Made by a program: the position numbers and the translations under genes. The notes below the pieces were generated by a model. The model was not told the DNA's origin. It worked only from the letters and a program-made list of their open reading frames with translations, and did no database searches. Source: an uncultured Brevinematales bacterium (GTDB lineage Bacteria; Spirochaetota; Brevinematia; Brevinematales; CAZQBT01). From it: DNA of 64,000 nucleotides. Below, in pieces: positions 31,110 through 40,375 of the stretch. The stretch is taken from NCBI GenBank assembly GCA_964591955.1, contig CAZQBT010000003.1, positions 28,890 to 92,889 of the forward strand. Direction: 5' to 3'. The stretch's first letter is position 1, and each line of letters opens with the position of its first letter.

Positions 31110-31477
31110 TCGGTTTTTCCCAGCAAGTCATTTATAAAAGACAAAAGCTCTTTTGGGGAAAACGGCTTGGGTATAAAACCATCCGCTTTAAGCTCATCCG
31201 CCTTTTTGCGCGTAAAATCCATATCTTTTGCGGTAAGAAAGACAACTTTAATGTCTTTCAACTGCGGGTCGGATTTTATCTGGTCGCATAAATCAAACCC
31301 CGTTATTTTCGGCATCATTATGTCAAGAAGAACCAAATCCGGCATAATACGACGGATTGTTTCAATAGCCGTTGTAGCATCATTAACCGGCGTTACATCA
31401 TACCCGTTTCGGCTTAATTTGGTTGTGATAATGTTTAAGATTTCACTATGGTCATCGACCGCTATTATTTTTTGCAT
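31106..31477 (-). CDS. Single-domain response regulator (receiver only)
   Basis: VDD, LLDIMMP, FLTA, KPF; 123 aa with no output domain. Confidence 0.92.
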   Translation of the reverse strand: MQKIIAVDDHSEILNIITTKLSRNGYDVTPVNDATTAIETIRRIMPDLVLLDIMMPKITGFDLCDQIKSDPQLKDIKVVFLTAKDMDFTRKKADELKADGFIPKPFSPKELLSFINDLLGKTE

Positions 31478-31685
31478 ATTTCAGTCCTTTTTTTCGTAAT
31501 AGTTTTGCTATCTTTAATTTTCGACTAATTTTAACTATTAGTGAAAAATAATCAAGTGATTTTTCTAAAATTTCCGGTTTTTTACCCCGAAAACACAAGA
31601 TATTCTTGATTTTAACCGATGATAAAGTTATATTATATATGGCAATTTTTTTTGTATTGCCTGTGCAAATAAGGAGGCATAATTT

Positions 31686-32744
31686 ATGGATAAAGCTCTG
31701 ATTTTTAAGATATTTTTTGCGGGTGTGTTTTTATTAACTGCCGTTTCGTGTAGTCCTCCCCCGACGGATGAGGATGATGATGCCGATTCCAAAGGGCTTA
31801 TTTTAGTCGATGAATATAAAGGCACTGAAAGTATTATGACGGTGAAGGTGTATGGGGGTTATCTTTATGCCGCCGCCGGTGAAGAAGGGGTTTTGGTTTT
31901 TGATATAAGCAACCCTTCAAATATGACAAGGGTTAAAAAATTCAAAGATGAAGACTTTCTTCCCGTTAATACTGTGGATTTTGAACGGATTGGAGGGAAG
32001 GACTATGCTTTTCTGGGAATTAGCGCCGGCGGAGAAGGCGGGATAGCGGTTCTTGAGGTTACGGACGGGACTAATTTTAATGTTGACCCCGCGGAATCTA
32101 TCAGTGAAATAGACGTTGCGGGACATTTTCCCGTAGCTATTGTTGCCGATACTGCCCGTGTCTATACCGCAGATAAAAATCAGGGCGTTATGGCTTATGA
32201 TTTGAATTTCGTGGCTTTTACGGCGGCTGCCGATGCAGGTTTTGCGGCATTTGATTTGTTTAATAAAGGCGCAAGCGTAGCTATAGACGGCGATAATCTT
32301 TTTATTGCCGCGAGAGACCACGGCGTTTTTATTTTGAATAAAGCCGATGCTTCTACGGTGTCGGAAATTTATTTCTCGCTTATAGATGTTAATTCCCTTG
32401 CGGTTGACGGCACTGCCGGACGAAAACGTCTTATTGTCGCCGATACTTATTTCGGTGTGATTATATATAATATTATGACTGCTGCAACCCCAAAGCTTAT
32501 AGGAAGATACAGCACTCTCGGCGAGGCGCGCGACGTTATTGTTAACGGGGATGAAATTTATGTTGCGGACGGTTCCAACGGGGTCCTGTGGATTGATAAG
32601 ACTACCGAGACCTCTCCGCGATTAAAAGGGGAGTTTCAGGATGCGGTCGGGTTTGCTTACAACCTTGATTATGACGGCGGGTTTGTTTATGTGGCTTACG
32701 GGCCCAACGGGATTAAAGTTTTACAAAAGGAAAGCGGGTTTTAA
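31686..32744 (+). CDS. LVIVD-repeat beta-propeller lipoprotein
   Basis: Lipobox AVSC; repeats YLYAAAGEEGVLVFDISNP, IYVADGSNGVL, VYVAYGPNGIKV. Confidence 0.82.
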   Translation: MDKALIFKIFFAGVFLLTAVSCSPPPTDEDDDADSKGLILVDEYKGTESIMTVKVYGGYLYAAAGEEGVLVFDISNPSNMTRVKKFKDEDFLPVNTVDFERIGGKDYAFLGISAGGEGGIAVLEVTDGTNFNVDPAESISEIDVAGHFPVAIVADTARVYTADKNQGVMAYDLNFVAFTAAADAGFAAFDLFNKGASVAIDGDNLFIAARDHGVFILNKADASTVSEIYFSLIDVNSLAVDGTAGRKRLIVADTYFGVIIYNIMTAATPKLIGRYSTLGEARDVIVNGDEIYVADGSNGVLWIDKTTETSPRLKGEFQDAVGFAYNLDYDGGFVYVAYGPNGIKVLQKESGF

Positions 32745-32770
32745 TAGGCAAAATTTTTGAGAGGTTATTT

Positions 32771-33430
32771 ATGTTGAATAAATCGTTGTTTTTAGCCGTA
32801 ATGCTGATTTTTATGTCAAGCGCCGTTTCGTTTGCAAATACCGAAGCGCGGGATTTGTTTCAGCAGCTTAGGGAAAAGACTTTCGCAAGACTTCCCGATA
32901 AATTTACCGCGCGGCTTAGCGGAAGGTCTATTGACGAGAAACTTGAATCGATTCCGAAAGATTATATAGAGGAGGGTAAATCGGCTTTTGCGCAGTTGGA
33001 GTTTTCCAAAGAAAACGGTATCTCCATAAAAGTCAAAAATGTGGATTTTCTTTATGAAGACCTTTTTGAGCAGTATGTGAGATTTTTCAGCTTGGGCCCC
33101 GTTTTATCTACCCGTATGGATTCATCTATGCTTGACAGATATGATATTAATTTTGCGGGTGATTCTCCGGGCAACAGGTCTATATTGGACGTTAAATTTC
33201 GCAACGCGCAGAACAAATTTCTTTTTTATCTTGCTCTTGAGAATTTTGACATTATGAGAGTTGACTATTTGATTGAAGACAGGCTTCTTTCATCCACCCT
33301 TATTCGATACAAAGACCATAAAGTGGGCAATAAAACTTACCGAATACCCGACAGGTTTATTGTCAGAACGCCTGAAGCCGCACAGGGACGGCCGGAGTAT
33401 TTTGACGTATCCGATATCCGTTTTGATTAA
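32771..33430 (+). CDS. Exported hypothetical protein, possibly LolA-like fold
   Basis: Signal peptide (..VSFA); beta-rich C-terminus YKDHKVGNKTYRIPDRF resembles LolA-like sorting proteins (inference). Confidence 0.6.
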   Translation: MLNKSLFLAVMLIFMSSAVSFANTEARDLFQQLREKTFARLPDKFTARLSGRSIDEKLESIPKDYIEEGKSAFAQLEFSKENGISIKVKNVDFLYEDLFEQYVRFFSLGPVLSTRMDSSMLDRYDINFAGDSPGNRSILDVKFRNAQNKFLFYLALENFDIMRVDYLIEDRLLSSTLIRYKDHKVGNKTYRIPDRFIVRTPEAAQGRPEYFDVSDIRFD

Positions 33431-33508
33431 AACCTGTCTATTTCAAAAATTGACAAAAACAAAAAACCTGTTAAAATAAATGACCACATATTTTAGTGAG
33501 AGGTAATT

Positions 33509-35365
33509 ATGGAATCTTTTTCTCAGGCTGACCGGAACCATAACGATATTTTCCTTGAGGCTATGGAAAAGGGAGACAAAAAAGGCGGTGCTTTTGTTAA
33601 TCCCGAACCGGTCAAAAAAGGTGTTGTTGTTGAAATAAGCGAAAGCGGGGTTTTTCTCGACCTTGGTAGTAAATCCGAAGTTTTTGTTCCTTTGGATGAG
33701 TTTGGTAAGAATCCCCCGTCTATCGGTGATGAAATTACCGTGATTATTAAAGAAATGAAAGACGGTATCCAGATTGGTTCAACCAAAGCCGCCAGCCGTT
33801 TTGCCCGTATGAGCGAGATTAAACACGCATCTTACGACGGGCTTCCCGTTCGCGGGTCTATCAAAGAGGTTATTTATCGCGATAGTTCCCCGAAAGGCTT
33901 TACCGTGGATTTGGGGTATGATATTTCAGCTTTCCTTCCTTATTCTCATATTGATACAAAAAAAGTCGAAAAACTTGAAGATTTTATCGGAAAGTCTATG
34001 GATTTTGCCATACTTGAATATAAACCTAAAAATATTACCGTCTCACGTCGCGATTTCCTTCGCAAAACAATCAAAAAGGTTTATGAGAATTTCTATAATT
34101 CTCATTCCGTTGGTGATGTGGTTAAAGGGACTGTCGAAGAGGTGTATGAGGCGTTCCTTATACTTAACGTGGAAAATATTCGCGCTTTTATGCATATTTC
34201 GGATTTTTCATGGAAATACCTTAAAGACCTTAATTCCGTTGTGAAAATCGGCGATGAGTTTGAGGTTCAGGTTTTGTCGATTGAAAAGGCTAAGGATTCC
34301 GTTAAAATCGGACGCAAACAGCTTCTTGAAAATCCATGGAATAACGTTGAAGACAGGTATTCATCCGGCGATATGGTTAAGGCTAAGGTGCTTCGTTTTA
34401 GACGCGACGGCGCTATTGTTGAAATTGAAGAGGGGATTGAGGCGTTTGTCCATGTAAATGAAATGTCCTGGACCCAAAAATCCAAAAATCCCAAGAAGTT
34501 CCTTAAAGTCGGCGATATTGTTCAGGTTAAGATTAAAGATATTGATGTTGAAAATCTTAGAATAGACGTTTCCGTTCGCGATGTTGAGGAAAACCCATGG
34601 GAAAAAGCCGCCCAAACTTATACCCGTTACAGAAAGCTCAAGGGCATTGTATCCTCGGTTTTCGATTTCGGCGCGTTCGTTAAATTTGATGACGGTATTG
34701 AGGGGCTTCTTCGCAAAGAGGATATAGACTGGGTGGATACCGATATTGACCCTAAAAAGAAATTAAAGAAGGGCGAGGAAATTGAGGTTATTGTCCTTTC
34801 TTTGGATGCTAACCGCGAAAAGCTCAGACTTGGCATCAAACAGCTTTCCGATAACCCGTATAAGGTTTTTTCAATGAATTACCCGAAAGGCTCTCCCGTA
34901 ACGGGCAAGGTCAAATCCATACTTGAAAACGGTGTTATTGTTGAGCTTGAGAATAATCTTGAAGGGTTTATCCATATTTCACAAATTGATAAGGCTAATA
35001 TAGAAAACGTAGCGGATGCGGTTAGCGAGGGTGAGGAAATTACCGCCCTTGTTAAATTCGTTGACTTTACTAAAAATAAAATCGAATTGAGCAGAAAGGA
35101 CTATCTTTTCTATGAAGAGAGACAGGAAGTCGATAAGTATATTGTTACCGGTAATGACGGCGCTTTGGAGACTTCTACATCACTCGGTTCTCTTCTTAAA
35201 GACCAGTTTGATAACTTGAATTTAGCCGATGATAAAAAGGCTAAAAAAGAGACCAAGACAAAAGCTAAAAAGGATACAGAGGCTACAAAAAGCACAAAGA
35301 CTGCAAAAGATACGGATGCTAAAAAAACTACCAAGACAAAAAAAGAAAAGCCGAAAGAAGAGTAA
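33509..35365 (+). CDS. rpsA: 30S ribosomal protein S1
   Basis: Tandem S1 domains (AFLPYSHID, AFVHVNEMSW, GFIHISQI), KQL.ENPW linkers; upstream TTGACA-16-TAAAAT. Confidence 0.93.
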   Translation: MESFSQADRNHNDIFLEAMEKGDKKGGAFVNPEPVKKGVVVEISESGVFLDLGSKSEVFVPLDEFGKNPPSIGDEITVIIKEMKDGIQIGSTKAASRFARMSEIKHASYDGLPVRGSIKEVIYRDSSPKGFTVDLGYDISAFLPYSHIDTKKVEKLEDFIGKSMDFAILEYKPKNITVSRRDFLRKTIKKVYENFYNSHSVGDVVKGTVEEVYEAFLILNVENIRAFMHISDFSWKYLKDLNSVVKIGDEFEVQVLSIEKAKDSVKIGRKQLLENPWNNVEDRYSSGDMVKAKVLRFRRDGAIVEIEEGIEAFVHVNEMSWTQKSKNPKKFLKVGDIVQVKIKDIDVENLRIDVSVRDVEENPWEKAAQTYTRYRKLKGIVSSVFDFGAFVKFDDGIEGLLRKEDIDWVDTDIDPKKKLKKGEEIEVIVLSLDANREKLRLGIKQLSDNPYKVFSMNYPKGSPVTGKVKSILENGVIVELENNLEGFIHISQIDKANIENVADAVSEGEEITALVKFVDFTKNKIELSRKDYLFYEERQEVDKYIVTGNDGALETSTSLGSLLKDQFDNLNLADDKKAKKETKTKAKKDTEATKSTKTAKDTDAKKTTKTKKEKPKEE

Positions 35366-35408
35366 GCAAACGAATTTTTGGCTAATTTAGAATTTAATCG
35401 GAGGAATT

Positions 35409-36224
35409 ATGTCCCGGGTTTCAAAAAGACGCGAAATGACAATGAAGCAGATAAGAGAACAGCAAAAAGGCGGGTTTAGCCGGTTTATAGAAAGTATTTT
35501 TGACTGGGCGGTTCATCATAAGAATTATGTTTTTATCGGGTTAGGGGTTATAGTTGCGGCTACTGTAGGAACTTTGGTTTATGTAAACAACCAACGTTCT
35601 AATCTTGAAGAGGCGCGCGCTATTTACGATACCGCCATTTCTACTTTTGAGAATATTATGTATTATCCCGAAGAGGAAAGGATGGATGTTTATAATAGTC
35701 AAATCGGAAGTTTAATGGAGTTAGTTCAACTTTATCCTAATACCGTTCCCGCAGTTAAGGCACGTCTCTTTCTCGGCAGGGCTTTTTTTGACCAAGCTTA
35801 CCAGATGCAAGACCAAAATTCCATTAATATCGCTTTAGACCATTATACTCAGGCTTATGAGTATGCTTCGTCCGATTTTTTCCGCGCTCTTGCGCTTATA
35901 GGTATGGGGCAGTGTTATGAGCAGAAAAATGATTTCAGCTCGGCTTTCAGGCAATATGAAACGGTTATCGAAAAATATAAAGATGCGGGGTTTGCTCCTT
36001 ATGCGCTTATAAGTATGGCAAGATGCCGCGAGATGCTTAACGACCCTTCGGGTTCGCTTAAATTCTACGAGAGAGTCGCTAAAGAGCATACCGATTCCGT
36101 ATGGGCGCGTTATGCAAAAGCCAAGATTTATCTTGAGAAGGGAATGAAAGCCCCTGAGGGCGCTATCCAGCTTTCTCCAAACGATATGTTTATGGACCCG
36201 TCATCAGGACTTATGTTCCGGTAA
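35409..36224 (+). CDS. Membrane-anchored TPR protein (YfgM-like)
   Basis: Single N-terminal TM followed by TPR helices (ALIGMGQCYE, ALISMARCRE). Confidence 0.78.
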   Translation: MSRVSKRREMTMKQIREQQKGGFSRFIESIFDWAVHHKNYVFIGLGVIVAATVGTLVYVNNQRSNLEEARAIYDTAISTFENIMYYPEEERMDVYNSQIGSLMELVQLYPNTVPAVKARLFLGRAFFDQAYQMQDQNSINIALDHYTQAYEYASSDFFRALALIGMGQCYEQKNDFSSAFRQYETVIEKYKDAGFAPYALISMARCREMLNDPSGSLKFYERVAKEHTDSVWARYAKAKIYLEKGMKAPEGAIQLSPNDMFMDPSSGLMFR

Positions 36225-36253
36225 ATTTTACGATAATATAGTCAACAATAAAC

Positions 36254-36285
36254 AAAAAAGGGTATCGTTAAACGATACCCTTTTT
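36254..36285. terminator. Bidirectional rho-independent terminator
   Basis: AAAAAAGGGTATCGTT-a-AACGATACCCTTTTT between convergent genes. Confidence 0.9.
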
Positions 36286-36305
36286 CTATATCGGCATAGG
36301 AGGTC

Positions 36306-37805
36306 TTATCTTCTTCTGACGCTTCTGTAAACCAAGAACCCTTCGCGAACAATCATAAATGTAAATGCGCGGGCATTTTTATTTCTATCGGCAAATCTTT
36401 GTATATCGTCTATGTTGCGTATGGTTTCGCCGTTTACGCCGACAACGATTTCTCCTCTTCGCAATACTCCCGCAAAAATCGAACCGCGTTCAACGTTAGC
36501 AACGACAACCCCATATTCCGCGCCGTGTCTTTGCAGATATTGAGAGGACGGGGCTTCAAAGGTCGCACCGTGAAATTCAACCGTTCCCGACGGTTTTTCC
36601 TCTTCAGGTTCTCTGTCGGGACGACGGTCTCTTGTCCACTCATCACCGACAGGTCTTCTTGTGAGAGTAACCTTTATTGTTTGTCTTCGGTTTTCGCGAA
36701 GTATCTCAATATTAACCTCGCTGCCGGGAGGCAGTTCCCCGATTTCTCTTTGGAGACGGTCGGGGCGGTTTACCGGAGTATTATTAACTTTAGTAATAAT
36801 ATCGCCCATCTTTAAACCTGATTTTTCGGCGGGGCTGTCCGGTTCCACTCTTGATATCAGAACTCCCTCGTTGTCGCGAAGCCGAAATGTTTCACGCGTT
36901 GTGGCATCAAGCTCGCCGGGAACTACGCCGAGATACCCCCGCACTACCCTTCCCGTTTCAACTATCTGGAAAGCCACGTTTTTAGCCGTTTCAATCGGAA
37001 CTGCAAAACTGATACCCATATACCCGCCCGTTCGTGAGTGGATAGCCGTGTTAATTCCTATAACCTGTCCGCGAATATTAACGAGAGGTCCTCCCGAATT
37101 TCCCGGGTTGACGGGGGTATCGGTTTGTATAAACTGCTGGAATCCCGATTGCATACCGGGACGTCCTATTGCGCTGACAGTTCCGAACGTGTAGGTGCCT
37201 GCAAGCCCGAACGGATTACCGATAGCTATAACCCAGTCTCCCACTTCGGATTCCGTAGCGTTGCCGAGCGCGGCGACGGGGAGATTTTCCCCCTCTATTT
37301 TGAGTATTGCAATATCGGTTTCGGGGTCTGTTCCGATAACCGTTGCATCAAATACCCTGTCATCGGAAAGCGTAACGGTTATTTTTGTTGCTTTATCTAC
37401 TACGTGATGGTTAGAAAAAAGATAGCCGTCGGTGGTAAATATAAATCCCGAACCGTGAGCCTGCATAGGTCTTTTTTGTTCCTCGCCCGGGTCGCCGAAA
37501 AATCTCCTGAAAAACGGGTCATCACGGAACATATCGGGAAACGGATTTTGCACCGCAACCTCGCTTTCTACGTTTATTGACACCACGGCGGGCATCACCG
37601 AACGGGCTATTTCCCGAAATACGTTTTGGATTTGTATTGCGGTTTGCAATCCGTCAATTTTTTCCACTTCAGGGTTTTCTGTCTTGAAATTCAAGGGACG
37701 GGTTTGCGAATAGGTATTATTACACGAACCCGATTGTAAGATTAAAAAAAGTCCTGCTATCGCAATCAGAATTGGCGCGTATCGAGTTTTGAGTACCATA
37801 TTCAT
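36306..37805 (-). CDS. degP: DegP/HtrA serine protease with two PDZ domains
   Basis: GSGFI, SNHHVV, DIAILK, NPGNSGGPL, RGYLGV PDZ. Confidence 0.9.
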   Translation of the reverse strand: MNMVLKTRYAPILIAIAGLFLILQSGSCNNTYSQTRPLNFKTENPEVEKIDGLQTAIQIQNVFREIARSVMPAVVSINVESEVAVQNPFPDMFRDDPFFRRFFGDPGEEQKRPMQAHGSGFIFTTDGYLFSNHHVVDKATKITVTLSDDRVFDATVIGTDPETDIAILKIEGENLPVAALGNATESEVGDWVIAIGNPFGLAGTYTFGTVSAIGRPGMQSGFQQFIQTDTPVNPGNSGGPLVNIRGQVIGINTAIHSRTGGYMGISFAVPIETAKNVAFQIVETGRVVRGYLGVVPGELDATTRETFRLRDNEGVLISRVEPDSPAEKSGLKMGDIITKVNNTPVNRPDRLQREIGELPPGSEVNIEILRENRRQTIKVTLTRRPVGDEWTRDRRPDREPEEEKPSGTVEFHGATFEAPSSQYLQRHGAEYGVVVANVERGSIFAGVLRRGEIVVGVNGETIRNIDDIQRFADRNKNARAFTFMIVREGFLVYRSVRRR

Positions 37806-37953
37806 TACCTCCTGAAAATGTTTCTATATACTGAATTTAATAAATTCATTTTTCAAAATCAAGTGTTGCGTTTATTCCATTAGATTTAAAAACGGGTTTT
37901 CGGGATAGATTTTTTTTAACTAACTTTGGCTTTGTGATATGAGGCTGAAGCAA

Positions 37954-38445
37954 TTACCCGTTTAAGCGCTTTTGAAATTCGGCGTTATTCAGCGCGCAAA
38001 TAGCCACGGCAAGCGCATCGGCGACATCATCGGGAGATGGAACTTCCTTTAGCGACAGGATAAGTTTAACCGCGGATTGTATTTGGGACTTGCCTGCCCT
38101 GCCATAGCCCGTAACCGAGGTTTTGACTTGGAGAGGCGCAAACTCACTGACGGGTTTTTGTTTTTTTTCGCAAAGGAGCAACAGGACGCCGCGCACCTCC
38201 GATACCGTAGTTGCGGTTTTGGTGTTTTTTGCGAAAATCAATGTTTCAAGCGCGACTATGTCGGGGTGGTATTTGTCGATGATTAGAGACATGTCGTCAT
38301 AAATCTGCGCGAGACGTTCCTGCTTGGAGAGTTCGGGGGCGGTGGAAATAAGCCCGTAGGATACGGGGATAATCTCGCTCTTTTTGGATTTAACTATTGC
38401 AAACCCCAGACGGTGGAGGCCTGGGTCTATTCCAAGCACGGTCAT
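37954..38445 (-). CDS. ruvC: Holliday junction resolvase RuvC
   Basis: VLGIDPG..GFA, E-T-L-I-F, VTGYGRA.K.Q, DDVADALAVA. Confidence 0.95.
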   Translation of the reverse strand: MTVLGIDPGLHRLGFAIVKSKKSEIIPVSYGLISTAPELSKQERLAQIYDDMSLIIDKYHPDIVALETLIFAKNTKTATTVSEVRGVLLLLCEKKQKPVSEFAPLQVKTSVTGYGRAGKSQIQSAVKLILSLKEVPSPDDVADALAVAICALNNAEFQKRLNG

Positions 38446-38455
38446 TTTAACCCCT
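38439..38455. repeat. 17-bp direct repeat, left boundary of the MTase-nuclease cassette
   Basis: CGGTCATTTTAACCCCT, identical to 40359-40375. Confidence 0.85.
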
Positions 38456-39125
38456 CTTGTATTTTCCTTTCTGCAAGAATTAATACGGTTTCTTCGGTCG
38501 AATAAAGGCGTTTATTGTCGGCATTAAATTCATATTTAACATCAACCGATAAATTTTCTAATGAGATAATTTTAAAGCCGGCACATTTATAAATATGGTC
38601 ATTGCCTTGCTCGCCCGCTACAAATATTTCATAAGACAGGAGTAGGTGAGGAGCGTTATGGGTTATTTTAAAATCATCGGATGGAGAAAAATAAAAACTT
38701 CGGAAAGTTGTGTCGATATTTTCTTTGTTGTAAGTCTTGCACTCCAAATAATATGGGTTTTTATTATACCAAAACAGGATATCTGGGTATCCGGTTGATT
38801 TTTTTTTGCCTGAATTTGTGGTTGGCGTATCTGCGGATAATCCCAACCCGCTTAAAGCCTGTTTTATAAACGGTTCTATGGCATATCCGACTTCGTTTGC
38901 TCGCGGTCGAAATATGCCGTTTTTGTTTATTTCTTTACCGGCTTCGGTTGCCGCATTTATTAGTATGTTCAAAAGTTTTTTGTTATGGCTTATTTTTATA
39001 TTAAAAGGCAGAATTTTTTTACCGCTCATAGCTTCAATAACTAATTTAAAGGGAATATCTTTTATAGGTCTAAGCATTTGCTTTATGACGTTTTCCAAAT
39101 TATTGATATAATCGTCTTTTTCCAA
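38442..39125 (-). CDS. Putative type II restriction endonuclease (PD-(D/E)xK fold)
   Basis: NEVG...GYPDI....YLECK catalytic pattern; directly downstream of a DNA methyltransferase; AT-richer than its neighbours by eye. Confidence 0.7.
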   Translation of the reverse strand: MEKDDYINNLENVIKQMLRPIKDIPFKLVIEAMSGKKILPFNIKISHNKKLLNILINAATEAGKEINKNGIFRPRANEVGYAIEPFIKQALSGLGLSADTPTTNSGKKKSTGYPDILFWYNKNPYYLECKTYNKENIDTTFRSFYFSPSDDFKITHNAPHLLLSYEIFVAGEQGNDHIYKCAGFKIISLENLSVDVKYEFNADNKRLYSTEETVLILAERKIQEGLK

Positions 39126-39126
39126 A

Positions 39127-40365
39127 TTAAGCCCCCTTTCTGAAAAGAATTATTCTATTGGTATTAGTGCCTTTGCTGTTATTGTTTACTCCCCAGATAT
39201 TGGAAGTCTTGGTGAAAGTTTGGGAGTTTATCAAGACCGCAACGCATTCAAAACCTGCGTTAATCCCCGATGGAATTACCGAATTTTCAAGTTTAATCGT
39301 TCCGTTTCTCACCTCCCCTACCTCAAAAGCAACCCATCCGCCCGGCTTTGTAATCCTGTAAAGCTCGCGGAAAACATCATCCGTAAAGGTTTGCCAGCTT
39401 TCAAGATTTTTACATATAGTAATATTCTTACTTATGTTTTCGGTGTTGACATTATTAAACCAACATCGAAGCCAGTTGTCTGTCGAATAATCCACTACGT
39501 CAAGGAAAGGCGGAGAAGTTACCGTAAGCTGGACAATATTGTCCGGGATTTCTTTGGTTTGACGGGCATCCTTGCAAAGAAATATTCCGGTTTCTCCTGA
39601 ATATCTAAGGTTGTCGATATCGCTCTGACTAAGATTTCTTATAAGCGATTTGCTTTTATTAATGACGACTTCCTTTAAATTACGGTATTCGGGAGCTTGG
39701 TTGCGGGTTTTATTAATCTTAATCTGGCGTTCCGGTGTTACTGCCTGATTAGGGGGAAGCGTATAAACCGAGAGGAACCCCTTTGAATGCCCCGTCAGCC
39801 GATTTGTAGCGACCATTCTAATCCACGTATCAATACGGTCGTTCTCCCGATTAATTAAATAATTTCGTAATGATACTATTTCCGCTTCCGTTTTGTGATG
39901 GTAAAACATTGAAAGGTCAATATCAGCTTTAGCGTCTTTATCAAATCGGATATCGTCAAGTCTTTGTTCTATGTCTTGAATTGATGGAACAAAGAAACGC
40001 GGTTTTAAAAGTATTTCACTAAGGGGGTTAATATCATTGGAAATTATATTTCTTCCAAGCAAACCGGCTTCCAAAAGAGCCGTTCCCCTGCCGGCAAACG
40101 GGTCATAAACCATATCACGCTTGTGAGTAAGCAATTTGATAAAGAAATTAGGCAGTTGGGATTTAAAACAAGCCCTGTAAGATATTTCATGGATACTCGC
40201 GCCTTGCCTTTGCTTTGAAGTCCAAAGCTCATTAACAATCAAAGGTATTTCATTATTGCCGAAAGTAATATACTCAATATCTTGCGACCTGATAGCAAAT
40301 AAGGAATTTTCGAAAGAAAATCCGTTGAAGTAATCAATCAAATCGGTATTATTCAAACCGGTCAT
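39127..40365 (-). CDS. DNA amino-methyltransferase (likely N4-cytosine; motif I before motif IV)
   Basis: SAM motif YDPFAGRGT, then catalytic VTSPPF (SPPY-like), plus ELYRITKPGG. Confidence 0.85.
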   Translation of the reverse strand: MTGLNNTDLIDYFNGFSFENSLFAIRSQDIEYITFGNNEIPLIVNELWTSKQRQGASIHEISYRACFKSQLPNFFIKLLTHKRDMVYDPFAGRGTALLEAGLLGRNIISNDINPLSEILLKPRFFVPSIQDIEQRLDDIRFDKDAKADIDLSMFYHHKTEAEIVSLRNYLINRENDRIDTWIRMVATNRLTGHSKGFLSVYTLPPNQAVTPERQIKINKTRNQAPEYRNLKEVVINKSKSLIRNLSQSDIDNLRYSGETGIFLCKDARQTKEIPDNIVQLTVTSPPFLDVVDYSTDNWLRCWFNNVNTENISKNITICKNLESWQTFTDDVFRELYRITKPGGWVAFEVGEVRNGTIKLENSVIPSGINAGFECVAVLINSQTFTKTSNIWGVNNNSKGTNTNRIILFRKGA

Positions 40366-40375
40366 TTTAACCCCT
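40359..40375. repeat. 17-bp direct repeat, right boundary of the MTase-nuclease cassette
   Basis: CGGTCATTTTAACCCCT, identical to 38439-38455. Confidence 0.85.
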
